Source of the DNA: Octopus sinensis
Taxonomy: Eukaryota
Length of the DNA stretch: 64,000 nucleotides
Assembly: GCF_006345805.1 (NCBI RefSeq)
Contig: NC_042999.1
Coordinates: forward strand, 24,552,001 to 24,616,000
Direction: 5' to 3'
The translations under genes were made by a program, and so were the position numbers. Under the pieces are notes generated by a model. That model had not been told where the DNA came from and did no database searches. It was given only the letters and a program-made list of their open reading frames with translations. Below, piece by piece: positions 23,583 through 36,519 of the stretch (its first letter is position 1; the number at the start of each line of letters is the position of its first letter).

Positions 23583-24179
23583 ATTTATGTGTGTGTGTTG
23601 TGTGTGTGTGTGTGTGTAGTTGAAATTTACAGAAAAACAAAAGATGAAGACAGGTGTATAAACAACAAGCAGGTATATTAGTTTGATGTTCAGGAAGGTG
23701 AGAAAGTCTTTTATGTTTCAAGCCTACGCTCTTCAACAGAAAGGAGCAGGAGGAAATAAACAGAGAGAATTAAAAAACTTTTAGAGTTAGCGGTCAATCA
23801 TGGTGACCGGCTGGACAAAGGTAGTTAGGAAAGATTTGTAATCAGGCATGACTGAAAAAGGAGAAAAAGAGAAACAGAATAAAAAAAAAACAATAAGAAA
23901 AAGCAGAAAATTCAGAAAAAAGTTCAAAAAGGTTTAATGACTGATCTTTTAAATGAAGCTGAAAAATACCTTCACTCTTCTCTTTACTGGCACTGCATTT
24001 TCACAAGTAAATTTGGTAAAATCTTGTCAAATCAGGATGATATAACTAAGTGGAGATCATTCATAGTAGACCTCAGAAATTCACAAAAGACTTGAAAAAA
24101 TTATTATCCTTTCAGAGAGCAGACCCAAGAAATCTAATATGTTAGAGAACAAAGAACAAGAAGGGAGGTAATTTATAGC

Positions 24180-24935
24180 AGACCTTCCAAAATCTGCTTC
24201 CTCGGAGCTGCCACATTGAATGTTGGTACAATGAAAATCCAGTCAAGTGAAGTTGTTGAAATGTTATAACCCAGATGTGTAGATGTGTGCTGTGTACAAG
24301 AGGTGAGATGGAGAAGAACCTCTACTAAACTCTTCATGTGCAGCAGAGGTATAAACTCTTCTGGATAGGTAGCAGTGAAGATATGAGGTGGGTGTAGGCA
24401 TACTCTTAGTAGAAATATGGGTAGATAAAGTGATTCAGGTAGTTAGAGTATGTGATATGATTGTTAAGCTAAGATTTGTATTAGATTATACAAAAATAAC
24501 CTTTATCTCAGCATATTCTGTACAAGTTGTACTGACAGATTAACTGAAGAATCATTTCTATGAATCCCTTCTGAGGATTACCTTGATGATGGATGACAAA
24601 GACTTTATTATTATTGTGGCTGGTGATTTCAACAAAGATATTGAGATCTAATGGATTTCTTGTATACATGGAAGATATGGCTTTCATTCTAGGAATGAGG
24701 TGGTAACAAGGCTTCTGGAGTTCTGTGATGCTAATGACTTGTTAATCTGCAATGGTGACTTAAGAAAACCCACCAGGAACTTGATCACCTATGAATCTGG
24801 TGGACACAAAAGCTAAATTGACTACATTCTCACTAGTAAACAGGTTAAGCAGATGCTTGTGTATGCAAAGTCCTTTCCTGGTGAAGAATGTATTTCTCAA
24901 CATAGGTTAGTCATAAATGACTTTAAACTCTGTTG
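24180..24935 (+). mobile_element. Degenerate RTE endonuclease fragment
   Basis: Decayed TLNVGT, CCVQEVRW, AGDFN and IDYIL motifs with stops and frameshifts. Confidence 0.7.
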
Positions 24936-25039
24936 ATGTACAGTTTACAACTTCTGTAGGTTGATATCTGTGGTTAAATATATGTGCACACATACATGCG
25001 CATCATAAAATGTAATAAATATGACTGTTTCTCTTTCAG

Positions 25040-25180
25040 TATGAGTTATACAGATTGCAAATACCTATCTAGTTGCCTCAGCGACAATATTACACTGACA
25101 TCATTGAGTCTAAGTTACTGTAATTTACCAAAAGAGACTGGTATTTACCTGGGTAAGATCCTTGCCAGCACAGCAGTCAG
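25040..25180 (+). CDS. LRR gene coding exon 5 (MSYTDCKYLSSCLSDNITLTSLSLSYCNLPKETGIYLGKILASTAV)
   Basis: ctctttcag acceptor, gttagt donor, phase 2/2, RNI-like LRR LTSLSLSYCNL. Confidence 0.9.
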
Positions 25181-25209
25181 GTTAGTAACTCTCTCTCTCT
25201 CTCTCTCTC

Positions 25210-25605
25210 TTTTACTTGTTTCAGTCATTTGACTGCAGCCATGCTGGAGCACCGCCTTTAGTCGAGCAAATCGACCCCGGGACTTATTCTTTGTAAGCCC
25301 AGTACTTATTCTATCGGTCTCTTTTGCTGAACCACTAAGTGACGGGGACGTAAACACACCAGCATCGGTTGTCAAGCAATGCTAGGGGGACAAACACACA
25401 AACACATATGCACACATATATGTATATATACATATATACGACAGGCTTCTTTCAGTTTCCATCTACCAAATCCACTCACAAGGCATTGGTCGGCCCGGGG
25501 CTATAGCAGAAGACACTTGCCCAAGATGCCACGCAGTGGGACTGAACCCCGGTCCATGTGGTTGGTTAGCAAGCTACTTACCACACAGCCACTCCTGCGC
25601 CTATT
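25210..25605 (-). mobile_element. SINE family A
   Basis: Near-identical to 15745..16155. Confidence 0.85.
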
Positions 25606-26134
25606 ACTTAATTCATCTACTTAATTCATCCACCTTATTAATTCTTGTTTATTAAAAGAAAAGTTCATACATTGAATAATATAGTGTCACACTTATCTCT
25701 AAAAAGCAGGATAATCACAACCGGAATATGTTTGACTATAGATCTGTTCTCTGAGGCAGGGCTGGGAATAAATAAAAATAACCACAACATCTAAGAAACA
25801 GACAAATAAAACAAAACTGTGAAATGTAATATATTTGCTACCACTAATATTGCTTTCATTTGGTTGAGAGTTAATATCTTCCACTTTCAATACTACTATC
25901 TCCTTGTCTATGCTGCTAAAACTTTGTTTTTACTGTATAAGGCATTTTGTTTTTATTTTTGTATTCACCTTTTATGGATACATTTTGTGTGCACCATTCT
26001 ATTATTCCGACTACTCCACCACACCAATAATTATGATAATAATTATTCCCTTAATTGTGAGGAATACCATCTAAATACATTAGTGAAGACAGAAAGCATT
26101 CCTAAGTGAACATAAATAATCAGTATTCAATATT

Positions 26135-26366
26135 TATTTCTTTACTGCCCACAAGGGGCTAAATGCAGAGAGGACAAACAAGGACCGACAAACGGATTAA
26201 GTCGATTATATCACCCCAGTGCGTAACTGGTACTTATTTAATCGACCCCGAAAGGATGAAAGGCAAAGTCGACCTCGGCGGAATTTGAACTCAGAACGTA
26301 ACGGCAGACGAAATACGGCTACGCATTTCGCCCGGTATGCTAACGTTTCTGCCAGCTCGCCGCCTT
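26135..26366 (-). mobile_element. tRNA-derived SINE family C (Deu/Nin-like central domain)
   Basis: Head ggcggcgagctggcagaa, core gcctttcatcctttcggggtcgat...aagtacc, 13-bp TSD agtattcaatatt (26122-34 / 26367-79). Confidence 0.8.
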
Positions 26367-27148
26367 AGTATTCAATATTAATTATATGTCTTGCAAATAA
26401 CTTGCACATGCAAGTGCTACCAGTCAAAAGCCCCGTATACCAGAAGCCAGCAAGTGTATGGGGTCATCAGGAGAGAATGCATGCCGTTTCGGGGCCAACC
26501 TCTCGACAGCATCAATGCGCACCGGCCCCCCTCACTGATATGAGGCCCCGCTTGCTAGATCAGCTGGTTATCAAATAAAGCTCAGTATCATTCTAGCCAT
26601 CGCTCATCGTCTCTTTTTAACCAGATCCAGTGGCTAGCCTTCTCCACTGTAGACTGGATATCGGATATGGTGGTATTGACTTTACAATGAGTTAGGCCTA
26701 GCGATAACAACCTAAAGTTATATATTTATAAATTCATTGAGGTGGAGGTGGTGATTATGTGCTTGTTCAATTTGTAGAAATACTAGACAAATCTTCCTCA
26801 AATCACATCTGACTATCTTAAAAAAATGGAAGAACACATTGGATTATGTAGTTCTAGATAAATAATGTATGAAATAAGGATAGAGTAGTCGTAGTTTTAC
26901 TTGATCAAGGCTGATTAAAGGTTAAGCAACAACATCCTGTTCATAATAATATTAATTACAATCATTCATTTCCACCCAAGGCCACATGCAAAGGTGTGTA
27001 TAGTTGATTTAGTTGATCCCAATATCTGAATATTTGGTCAATTTTTAGATGAAAGGAATAGCCAGACTCAGTAGGTTTTGAATCCTAGACACAGCCATTT
27101 AGCCCATATCATTTCCCCCTTCTATTAATAATGCTAATGATTTCTTAA

Positions 27149-27368
27149 CCCTTTTGTTACTGTATATATTTTGATATGCTCTGTGTTTCTTTCAATTACT
27201 TTAAATATAAGAAAGAATTTAGTAAAATAACTTAGTTATCATTCTGCCTGTGTTAGGAACATAAATTGTGACTAAGGTTTGGTGGAAGATTTTAATTTAA
27301 AACTTATGAAAACAAGACATTTGTACTCAGAACTAGAGCCGGTTTCAGCCGGGTTGGTAACGAAAGGG
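27149..27368. mobile_element. piggyBac-type MITE
   Basis: TTAA on both sides (27145-48, 27369-72); TIR cccttttgttac / gtaacgaaaggg (11/12). Confidence 0.75.
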
Positions 27369-27878
27369 TTAATTTGTTCTAAATCACATATTTTTAGGGA
27401 AGGAATATATTTAGTTGAATCGACTCCAGTGATTGTTTAGCATAACTTTATTCCCTTCTTTATGGGTGAATAGTAAAGTCAACACTATTGAACTAAGAAT
27501 GTAGAAGAGCAATTTCCTTTGATTCTCTACTGCTTCTGTCACTCTACAACCACTGATCTTACAAAAACTTGAAGTAGAGTCAAGTTAATTGACATTTGAC
27601 TAGTATCTACTTTATCAAGCTTTGCAGGAGGAAAGGCAAAGTTAAATCTGCTGGTGTTTGAACTCAGAACATAAAGATATTAACTCTCTTTTACTCTTTT
27701 TACTTGTTTCAGTCATTTGACTGCGGCCATGCTGGAGCACCGCCTTTAGTCAAGCAAATCGACCCTGGGACTTATTCTTTGTAAGCCCAGTACTTATTCT
27801 ATCGGTCTCTTTTGCCAAACCGCTAAGTGACGGGGACATAAACACACCAGCATCAGCTGTCAAGCAATGCTAGGGGGA

Positions 27879-27933
<55 letters not shown>

Positions 27934-28116
27934 TACAAAATTAGAAAATGGAGAAACATACTTAAATCAATAAAACATCAACTATCAGATGATACCCAAT
28001 CAATACTTTATTACACCATTACATATCAGTAAAGGCATTATACAAAATATATAGTAAATATAAATAGACAAGGAAATAGAAATATAAAATATAAAATATA
28101 ATATGTAATTATATCA

Positions 28117-28230
28117 TATCTGACAGCTGTTTCGGCAGTAAGGGCAGTCATACCTCATTTAACCTATAAGCCATAAAGGCAGGTATAAATGAGGCATTAA
28201 CAAGGATGCCCCATGGCCTCTTCAGAGAAT
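28117..28230 (-). ncRNA. Hammerhead-ribozyme-like motif (type I, extended stem II), probably PLE-associated
   Basis: CTGAAGA-G[GC...GC]C-GAAAC-agct-GTC core with 3-bp stem I (TCT/AGA) and a long internal hairpin. Confidence 0.5.
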
Positions 28231-30380
28231 TTAATTTGTTATAATTGTGAAAAAATTATTTTTCCATATACATATAAATATAAAAATATAAAAATGTAAA
28301 ATATAAAAACTTGTGCATAAACTCCATAATGCTACACATATATAATACTCATTGATACAATAATGCAAGGTAAACAAAACAAAATAAAACAAAATATATA
28401 TCAGTGTATATATTAATATTAATAAGCACAGTTATTTTACATATTTGGCTAATAGTTCTAAAAACTAACACATAGGGAGATGTATGCACACTACTATTTA
28501 AATTAAAATCATACCTATACCTGAAAAATAATAATAATAAACCATAGTTCAGTTCATAAAATTATAAACCTATAAAAGTCAATATAAATTACTATTAGTA
28601 TTAATAATAATAATAATAATAGATACAGTTAAGTTTGCACCAAGTCCATCCATTCAAAATCGAAATAACTATGAGTTTAGTTATTCTGTCCGCTTGATAT
28701 TGATTATTCTAGATTAATTCGATTGGCTTGTAGTTTGAAATTTGAATCACAAAAGAAATTTTACGGTTGGTTAGTCAAGAAACGCAAATACGCACACGCA
28801 CATCCACAGATCAATCGCACATACATACATAATTATATGTATACACACACACATACACTTATACACATACACATCCACAAGCAACCTCTAGCATAAAGAT
28901 AAATAAATAGGGGAGCAACTATACTGTCATCTAGTCTATCAAAATTATAACTATGCCTCAAATAACAAAAAAGATCCACTCATATATTTCCATAAAATAT
29001 TTATTTCAAAGATATATATATTTATATATCAATATAACGATGTCGGATGCTATTTCACTAGGTACCCTCCGTATTTAACACCGGTTTTTATCATAGTCAA
29101 CATAACGGTTACTAGATTTACTGTAATTAGTTATGATTCCATGTATGCTAAGTTATAAAGTATAGATTAATTTTTATATTATAAATATATATCTCTTTTT
29201 TACTTATTAAATTCTATGCCATTATAAACAAGATTAGGCATTAAATAATAACAACTGGGGGACTCACTAATGCAATCGTATATAAGAAAATCACAGAAAT
29301 TAAAAGATTGTAAATACTTAAGTTAAAATGTGATAAAATAAATAAGAAGAAATAATTACGATTATACACATAATATAAGTACAAACCAGTATATATGTAT
29401 TCATATATTATTAAGAAATAAATGATTGATATGTATGTATAAATCTACACTTATATAAGTAAATAAATAAATAAATAATTAGATGACTTGATATGTATGT
29501 ATAAATCTACACTTAAATAAGTAAATAAATAAATAAATAAATAAATAATTAGATGACTAAATGCAAAGATAAATACCATAGAGAACCAATTCAGATAAAT
29601 GCATAGGTACAGGTACACCTAATATATAGTAATGCTAATATGCATATATCCACATATACATAAAAGAGTATAAATGTAAATCAATAACATAAAATAAAGT
29701 TAAGATATATATTGAAGAAAGTACCAATATAAACTTAGTATACAGGCTAATACTATGAAAGTTTATACCTGTAGATAGTGAGTAAAAAATTGGATAGATG
29801 GATAATTTAATGTACAGATCCAGAAGACTATAAATATAGACTAAATATATAAGGCTGGTAATATTTATAAAGTCTAATGTTTGTAAATGAAAAGGTATAT
29901 TAGTAAATAGCATAAGATACAAATTAAGGTGAGTACAAAGAAAGACCAAATATACAATATAAACCTGCCAAATAAACACATACAAAAACCTGGATTCTCA
30001 ACCTAAACAAAACAAACTCCCAAAAAGGCTCTCATATATTGCACAATAGTATTACATTATCTAGAGCTAGGTAACTAACCATGATATTCATATACATTAT
30101 GCAATATTAGAAAACTTCGAGAATCACATATTACAAGGCAAATACCAAAATGAATGTGTTATTACTTGTCATAGTGTATTTCCTTTAAAAACAAGACAAA
30201 AACCCACATACAAAAAACAAAAAACAATTAATACTGGACACATCTATTATTATACATGTGTAGCTACAAAATTATATAAAATTATAAATTTATAAGTTGC
30301 AGGCTTTAGAATTATAGAAGACCACTAGTATAGTTAGTTACAGAAGGGAGTTAAAAAATTATTAGTAGAAAAGCTAAGTT

Positions 30381-30857
30381 CTATCTGAATCTAGAGAAGG
30401 TGAACGGTAGTTTATGAATGCAAAAAAAGTTTTTTTCATTTATGTTGTTAATAATATGCCTACCCGCTTTGATAATGAAAAAAATTTCATTAATACATAG
30501 AGAGCATTTTTTATTTTTTCCATTATACACAGGTGCTGAAGTTAGTATTTTCAAATTTAATCTAAAATCTAAGTTCTTACTTTTGAGTTCCCAAATGTAT
30601 GCACTTAACCCTGTAGAGTACATTCTATTTTTATTTCTAAAAGTATATCTGTGATAATTCAGTCTCTGTTTCATGCTATTCATAGTTGCTCCGATATACA
30701 CCCTACTACTAATTTGTGTATCCACAGTGCATTGGTAAACTACCTCCTTCCTCAGGCATTGATTACCAAACACACATTTATTTCTGTTTCTGAAATTACA
30801 ATTATTAACAGGTTGAGGTAATCTAAGATTAGTCCCCAATCCTGTACCACCATTCAC
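30381..30857 (-). mobile_element. Penelope-like element GIY-YIG endonuclease region
   Basis: CN..RN..C...QCL..VVY...VYIG.T...KQR...H...LS.YIWELK...C.LC..E pattern of PLE endonucleases. Confidence 0.85.
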
Positions 30858-32201
30858 ATTAGAAGTGTTACAATTGTTGTTGTGAATAGTTCAGTTCAAG
30901 GTACTTCTTGACCTACTTTTGGGATAAACCCATTGTCCTGTCAGATTCAGGTGGGTAGACTCTGCGACCCCTTTCGGGTGAATTAGAGGTCGTCCTAGAC
31001 ACCCCTTGAAGAGGAGGAAGAATCTGGCAGTAGTAGGAGAGAGATAGAGTATAAGGCTAAGGGACAGATTTGAGGAAGAATTAGCAGTGAGAGAGGATGA
31101 GGGGGCAGAGAAGGACAGGCAGAGAGTATGGTAGAGCTGTCATGAGAGGGTGATGGGCAGCAGGCAATAGAGATAGGCAGTAGGGGAGCAGGGCAGTTGG
31201 AGAGGAAGTGAGGTCTTGGCAGTCGGTGGTCGGTCCTCGAAGAACACAGTCGGATTCTTGGAAGTTAGGAGCAAGTGGTGGAATCTTAGGAGCAAGTTGG
31301 GATGCGAGAGAACTTGGCGGCACAGAAGGAAATATGTACGGAGGAATTAGCGGTACGGAGAGATGGAGTGCGGAATGGGACACTGGCGATTCTAATTAGG
31401 AATTAAGGTATTTGATTGTGTATTGATACGTGTCACGGTGTATTGAACAATGAAAAGAACAGTCAAGGACTTGTCGATATGTCGATTATCGAGTTGTGGT
31501 ATTTATGTTCAGAATTGTGTTGATATGTGTAGAAAAAGATTATAAAGAACTGTGAACGTTATCTGTTGATGTGATTTGGGAAAAGAACTGTGTCTTCGGA
31601 CGTGTACCTTTGAAATACTGTATATGACTTGTTGTGTCTCCGGACTGTTATATTGTTACATGCATGTTGTTAAATGCTTTGATCTGTGGTATACCCGTAT
31701 GATGTATTGATTTGTTGTTTGCCTTAAATATCTTGATGTTGTAACCATTGATTGTCATATAAACTAGTTGTTAAATATAAGCCAGTGTTGCCGTGTTGCC
31801 TCTTTTGGTGTCTCTCTCGGGTTGCCTCTCTGTGTCTCTGTTGCCTTGCTGCGGTTGTGTCTCTCTCTCTCCTCTCTCCGACGAGTTTCCGTGGCGAGAA
31901 CATTCGCTGATCGAGTCGGGCCTGTCTGAGGGATTCCGTACAGTTTTCGGAGGTCCCCCGTTGTAACCATATATATATACATATATACGACAGGCTTTTT
32001 TCAGTTTCTGTCTACCAAATCCACTCACAAGGCATTGGTCGGCCCGGGGCTATAGCAGAAGACACTTGTCCAAAATGCCACGCAGTGGGACTGAACCCGG
32101 AACCATGTGGTTGGTTAGCAAGCTACTTACCACACAGCCACTCCTGCGCCTATTAACTAATCCTTTTTTTTTTTCTAGTCTTCTGCTGTTACTTCTTTCA
32201 G

Positions 32202-32344
32202 TAGCCTGTATGTCAATGGTAATAACCTCCAGGGAGATGGTATAATGGAGTTGGTTAGAACATGTGCTAAACAAGCTGAATATGACTTTGCTGAGAAAAT
32301 GTCGCTCTCTAAAGAGGTGACTGTGAAGCCAACAACTCCAAAAG
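32202..32344 (+). CDS. LRR gene coding exon 6 (SLYVNGNNLQGDGIMELVRTCAKQAEYDFAEK...TTPK)
   Basis: ttctttcag acceptor, gtgaga donor, phase 2/1, LYVNGNNL LRR core. Confidence 0.9.
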
Positions 32345-32384
32345 GTGAGAAACTTTTTATTTGTATTTGTGTGTGCATGGATGG

Positions 32385-32757
32385 AAGCACTCCGTTGGTT
32401 ACGACGATGAGGGTTCCAAATCAACAGAACAGCCTGCTCGTGAAATTAACGTGTAAGTGGCTGAGCACTCCACAGACACGTGCACCCTTAACGTAGTTCT
32501 CGGGGATATTCAGTGTGACACAGAGAGTGACAAGGCCGGCCCTTGAAATACAGGTACAACAGAAACAGGAAGTAAGAGCGAGAGAAAGTTGTGGTGAAAG
32601 AGTACAGCAGGGATCACCACCATCCCCTGCCGGAGCCTCGTGGTGCTTTTAGGTGTTTTCGCTCAATAAACACTCACAACGCCCGGTCTGGGAATCGAAA
32701 CCGCGATCCTATGACCGTGAGTCCACTGCCCTAACCACTGGGCCATTGCGCCTCCAC
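32385..32757 (-). mobile_element. SINE family B
   Basis: Reverse complement of 62758..63140. Confidence 0.85.
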
Positions 32758-33584
32758 TGTGTGTGCATATATGCATGTATGAGCAACAATTTCAGTAAGG
32801 AATTTAACATACAGGTTGCTATCCATTTATCCATTAGGATTTGGTTTTCAGCCTTTATTATTTATTATAGTCATCCAGGTTGTATCAGGGGTGTTCAAGA
32901 GTGGTTATACATGGAAGCTTATATATGCAAAATTACAATAGTTCTGAATATTAAAGAAGTTCTAAACATGGGCAGAGAGAAGAATTAAAAGATCTAGTAG
33001 AAACAAAAATCTTAGTAAGAAAGAATAGAAAACTTTAGTATCATGTTGGAAGAACTCTTGCTTTACATGCAGAAAAAGAAAGGTAAAATTCTATATTGTG
33101 TACTCAATGTAAACTGTAGGTGCAGTAGAATCTGTATCGACCACGTGTATCTCGTGACAGCCTTCATGCATCAGTCGCGGGTACGTCCACGTGTACGTGG
33201 GCGATACCACGAGCTTCGGTTCGTTCTTTAGATATCGGGCACGGTAGCGCAGCGGAGCACCGGGCGACCGGTGCAGGCCTGCCGCTGGCGGCCCCGCGGC
33301 ACGTAGACGAACAGGGAAAGCAAGGTGGTGTGAAGGCTAGCTGATAGAGAGGAGGAAGTTCATATGTAACAGATGCAAAGGAGTTACAACATTGATGTAA
33401 TACTTTCAAATATCAGAAAAGCTCCCTAAAAGTATCAACTACTTTTAGGGAGCTTTTCTGGCATTTATTAGATGGGCACTCTTCTCATTTTAGCCTTTCT
33501 TAAGAGGTAGCCATAGCTAATATACATAACATTGGTATTCTTGCTGACATTAGGGATCTTTATATTTATTTACTCTTTTACTCT

Positions 33585-33950
33585 TTTACTTGTTTCAGTC
33601 ATTTGACTGCGGCCATACTGGAGCACCGCCTTTAGTCGAGCAAATCGACCCTGGGACTTATTCTTTGTAAGCCAAGTACTTATTATATCAGTCTCTTTTG
33701 CCGAACCGCTAAGTGATGGGGACATAAACACACCAGATCGGTTGTCAATGCTAGGGAGACAAACACAGACACACAAACACACACACATATATGACAGGCT
33801 TCTTTCAGTTTCCGTCTACCAAATCCACTCATAAGTGGTCGGCCCGAGGCTATAGTAGAAGACACTTGCCCAAGGTGCCACGCAGTGGGACTGAACCTGG
33901 AACCATGTGGTTGGTAAACAAGCTACTTACCACACAGCCACTCCTGCGCC
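33585..33950 (-). mobile_element. SINE family A
   Basis: Same consensus. Confidence 0.85.
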
Positions 33951-34388
33951 TTATCTATTTATTGATAATAATTTTAACAGCGTGTATTGTACCAAATGCA
34001 GCTGGTGTTGGAGAATGAATGACTGAATGATGGCAAATTTAATGAAAGGGAAAAGTAATCTATGAATGTTAGTAAAGCACAGCCCTACCTTTCTCATTAT
34101 CCACAAGTACAGACATCATCAGGCTGTAATGAACTAACAACTAAGAAGCTTTACCACCAAAGATCTTCCTGATCCCTTAATGTGGCTGGAACTTGTGAGA
34201 GTGGGAGATCCAAGAAGACATGGGACAAAGTGGTGAAGACCAGTATCAGGGGCTTGAACCTCATGAAGGAGATGACAAAGGACTGAGATTACTGGTGATA
34301 TGAAGTTTTTGAGAAGATTCTCCCACCTCAGTGAAATTGGTTTCTGGTAGTACTGTATGTGTGTGTATGCATATATATATGAGAGAGA

Positions 34389-34770
34389 AGCACTCCGTCG
34401 GTTACGACGACGAGGGTTCCGGTTGATCCGAATCAACGGAACAGCCTGCTCGTGAAATTAACGTGTAAGTGGCTGAGCACTCCACAGACATGTGTACCCT
34501 TAACGTAGTTCTCGGGGATATTCAGCGTGACACAGAGAGTGACAAGGCCGGCCCTTTGAAATACAGGTACAACAGAAACAGGAAGTAAGAGTGAGAGAAA
34601 GTTGTGGCGAAAGAGTACAGCAGGGATCACCACCATCCCCTGCCGGAGCCTCGTGGAGCTTTTAGGTGTTTTCGCTCAATAAACACTCACAACGCCCGGT
34701 CTGGGAATCGAAACCGCGATCCTATGACCGCGAGTCCGCTGCCCTAACCACTGGGCCATTGCGCCTCCAC
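34389..34770 (-). mobile_element. SINE family B
   Basis: Reverse complement of 62758..63140. Confidence 0.85.
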
Positions 34771-34801
<31 letters not shown>

Positions 34802-35269
34802 TCTCACATACACACACATATTCACAACTGAGTCTTCACCTAATTTCTTTCGTCCCCAAGACATCACCATCCATCATCTCTGTCTGAGATGTAACTCTTC
34901 CTTGATACCACTTATTTTTCTTACTACCTGGGACCCTTTTGCTTGTTATCCATCCTTCATTCATTAATACTGTTCTCGCCACACACAATTTCTTTGATCA
35001 CCCACTACACTGAACCACTAAATTACCTCTTCTTTATCACCATACATCTTTCAGTCACACCCTATGCCTACTTCTCTCTTCTTCTTCACTCTCCTGCAAC
35101 CTACCTAAACACATATCATCACTCCCACATCGTTTCCCTGTCTACTGGATCATCATTACTATTCTGTTACTCCATCCACACCATCAGTCATCTTCTACTC
35201 ACCTTACCTCTCTAACTCATACAATATTAGTCATCCACCATTCATTACATCTTTGCTTTTTTTTTTTGC

Positions 35270-35668
35270 TTTTTTACTTGTTTCAGTCATTTGACTGCTG
35301 CCATGCTGGAGCACCACCTTTAGTCGAGCAAATCGACCCCGGGACTTATTCTTTGTAAGCCCAGTACTTATTCTATCGGTCTCTTTTGCCGAACCGCTAA
35401 GTGACGGGAACGTAAACACATCAGCATCGGTTGTCAAGCAATGCTAGGGGGACAAACACAGACACACAAACACACACACACATATACATATATATATATA
35501 TATATATACGACAGGCTTCTTTCGGTTTCCATCTACCAAATCCACTCACATGGTATTGGTCGGCCCGGGGCTATAGCAGAAGACACTTGCCCAAGATGCC
35601 GCGCAGTGGGACTGAACCCAGAACCATGTGGTTGGTTAGCAAGCTACCTACCACACAGCCACTCCTGT
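35270..35668 (-). mobile_element. SINE family A
   Basis: Same consensus. Confidence 0.85.
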
Positions 35669-36519
35669 CCAATCTTTACAATGATTGCCTACCACCCTCA
35701 TTCATTTCCCTTTTCCCTTGTAAATTCTATTCACCCACACTCCTGATTCCATTTTTCTTCTACCTAGAGGGTCCACCTTGGCATCTCGACACCATTATTT
35801 TTATCACTTTCAAGCTCTACCCAGTCGCTTCTACCCTGCCTTCTAAAATATGAGTAGTCATGTAGCTCGTCTACTGCAAGGGGCCAGTTTTAAGACAATC
35901 TCCATATCTTATTGATATTTCAAGTTAGCTGGCAAAATTATTAATATGCCAACATTTCATCCATTTTTACATTCTGGGTTCAAACTCCTCTGAGGTCAAC
36001 TTTGCCTTTCGTCCTTTCAGTGGTTGATAAAGTAAGTACCATTTGAACACTGGAGGTCAGTGCCATCAACAAATGCGTTCTCCTTGAACTTGTTAACCTT
36101 GTGCCAAAATTTGAAGTCAGTATTTCGAGTTTGTCCATATGTTTTTGTCCAGGATCTGACTGTTAATTTCAATTATATATTTTCAGCTTCACCTGCTAAA
36201 AAAGACAAACAGAAGAAAAAAAAAGGTATTTATCAAGATTCTAAATTTCTCATATGACAGCTGGATCTGTCTCAAACAATGTCAGATTTTGCTGTGATGT
36301 GGTCCGCCTGGTGTGCTTTCGATCAGGTGTCAGAAGACATGGCACCCACCTAGCAGAAACCTTCATCACATCAAGTTCATTGCGCAGAATATTCTTAAGG
36401 GGTAGGTTATAGAAATCTTGGGATGTCAAAGTGCCAGAATACCATAGCTAGTGTAAACAACGTGAATTGGATAAAAGTCAGCAGCACGTGTACACTAGTT
36501 TTATTAAAAATATTCTCAT

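Noticed and set aside
26460-26570. ggggcc...ggccccGAAAC stem resembling a hammerhead
   Set aside because: No CUGANGA adjacent to stem II and no NUH site in register.
31081-31399. Pro/Leu/Ser-rich ORFs
   Set aside because: Low-complexity purine-rich region of the Penelope-associated repeat, with no splice or homology support.
31860-31945. GAAACTCGTC motif on minus suggesting a second PLE hammerhead
   Set aside because: The CUGANGA core is not intact; too degenerate to call.
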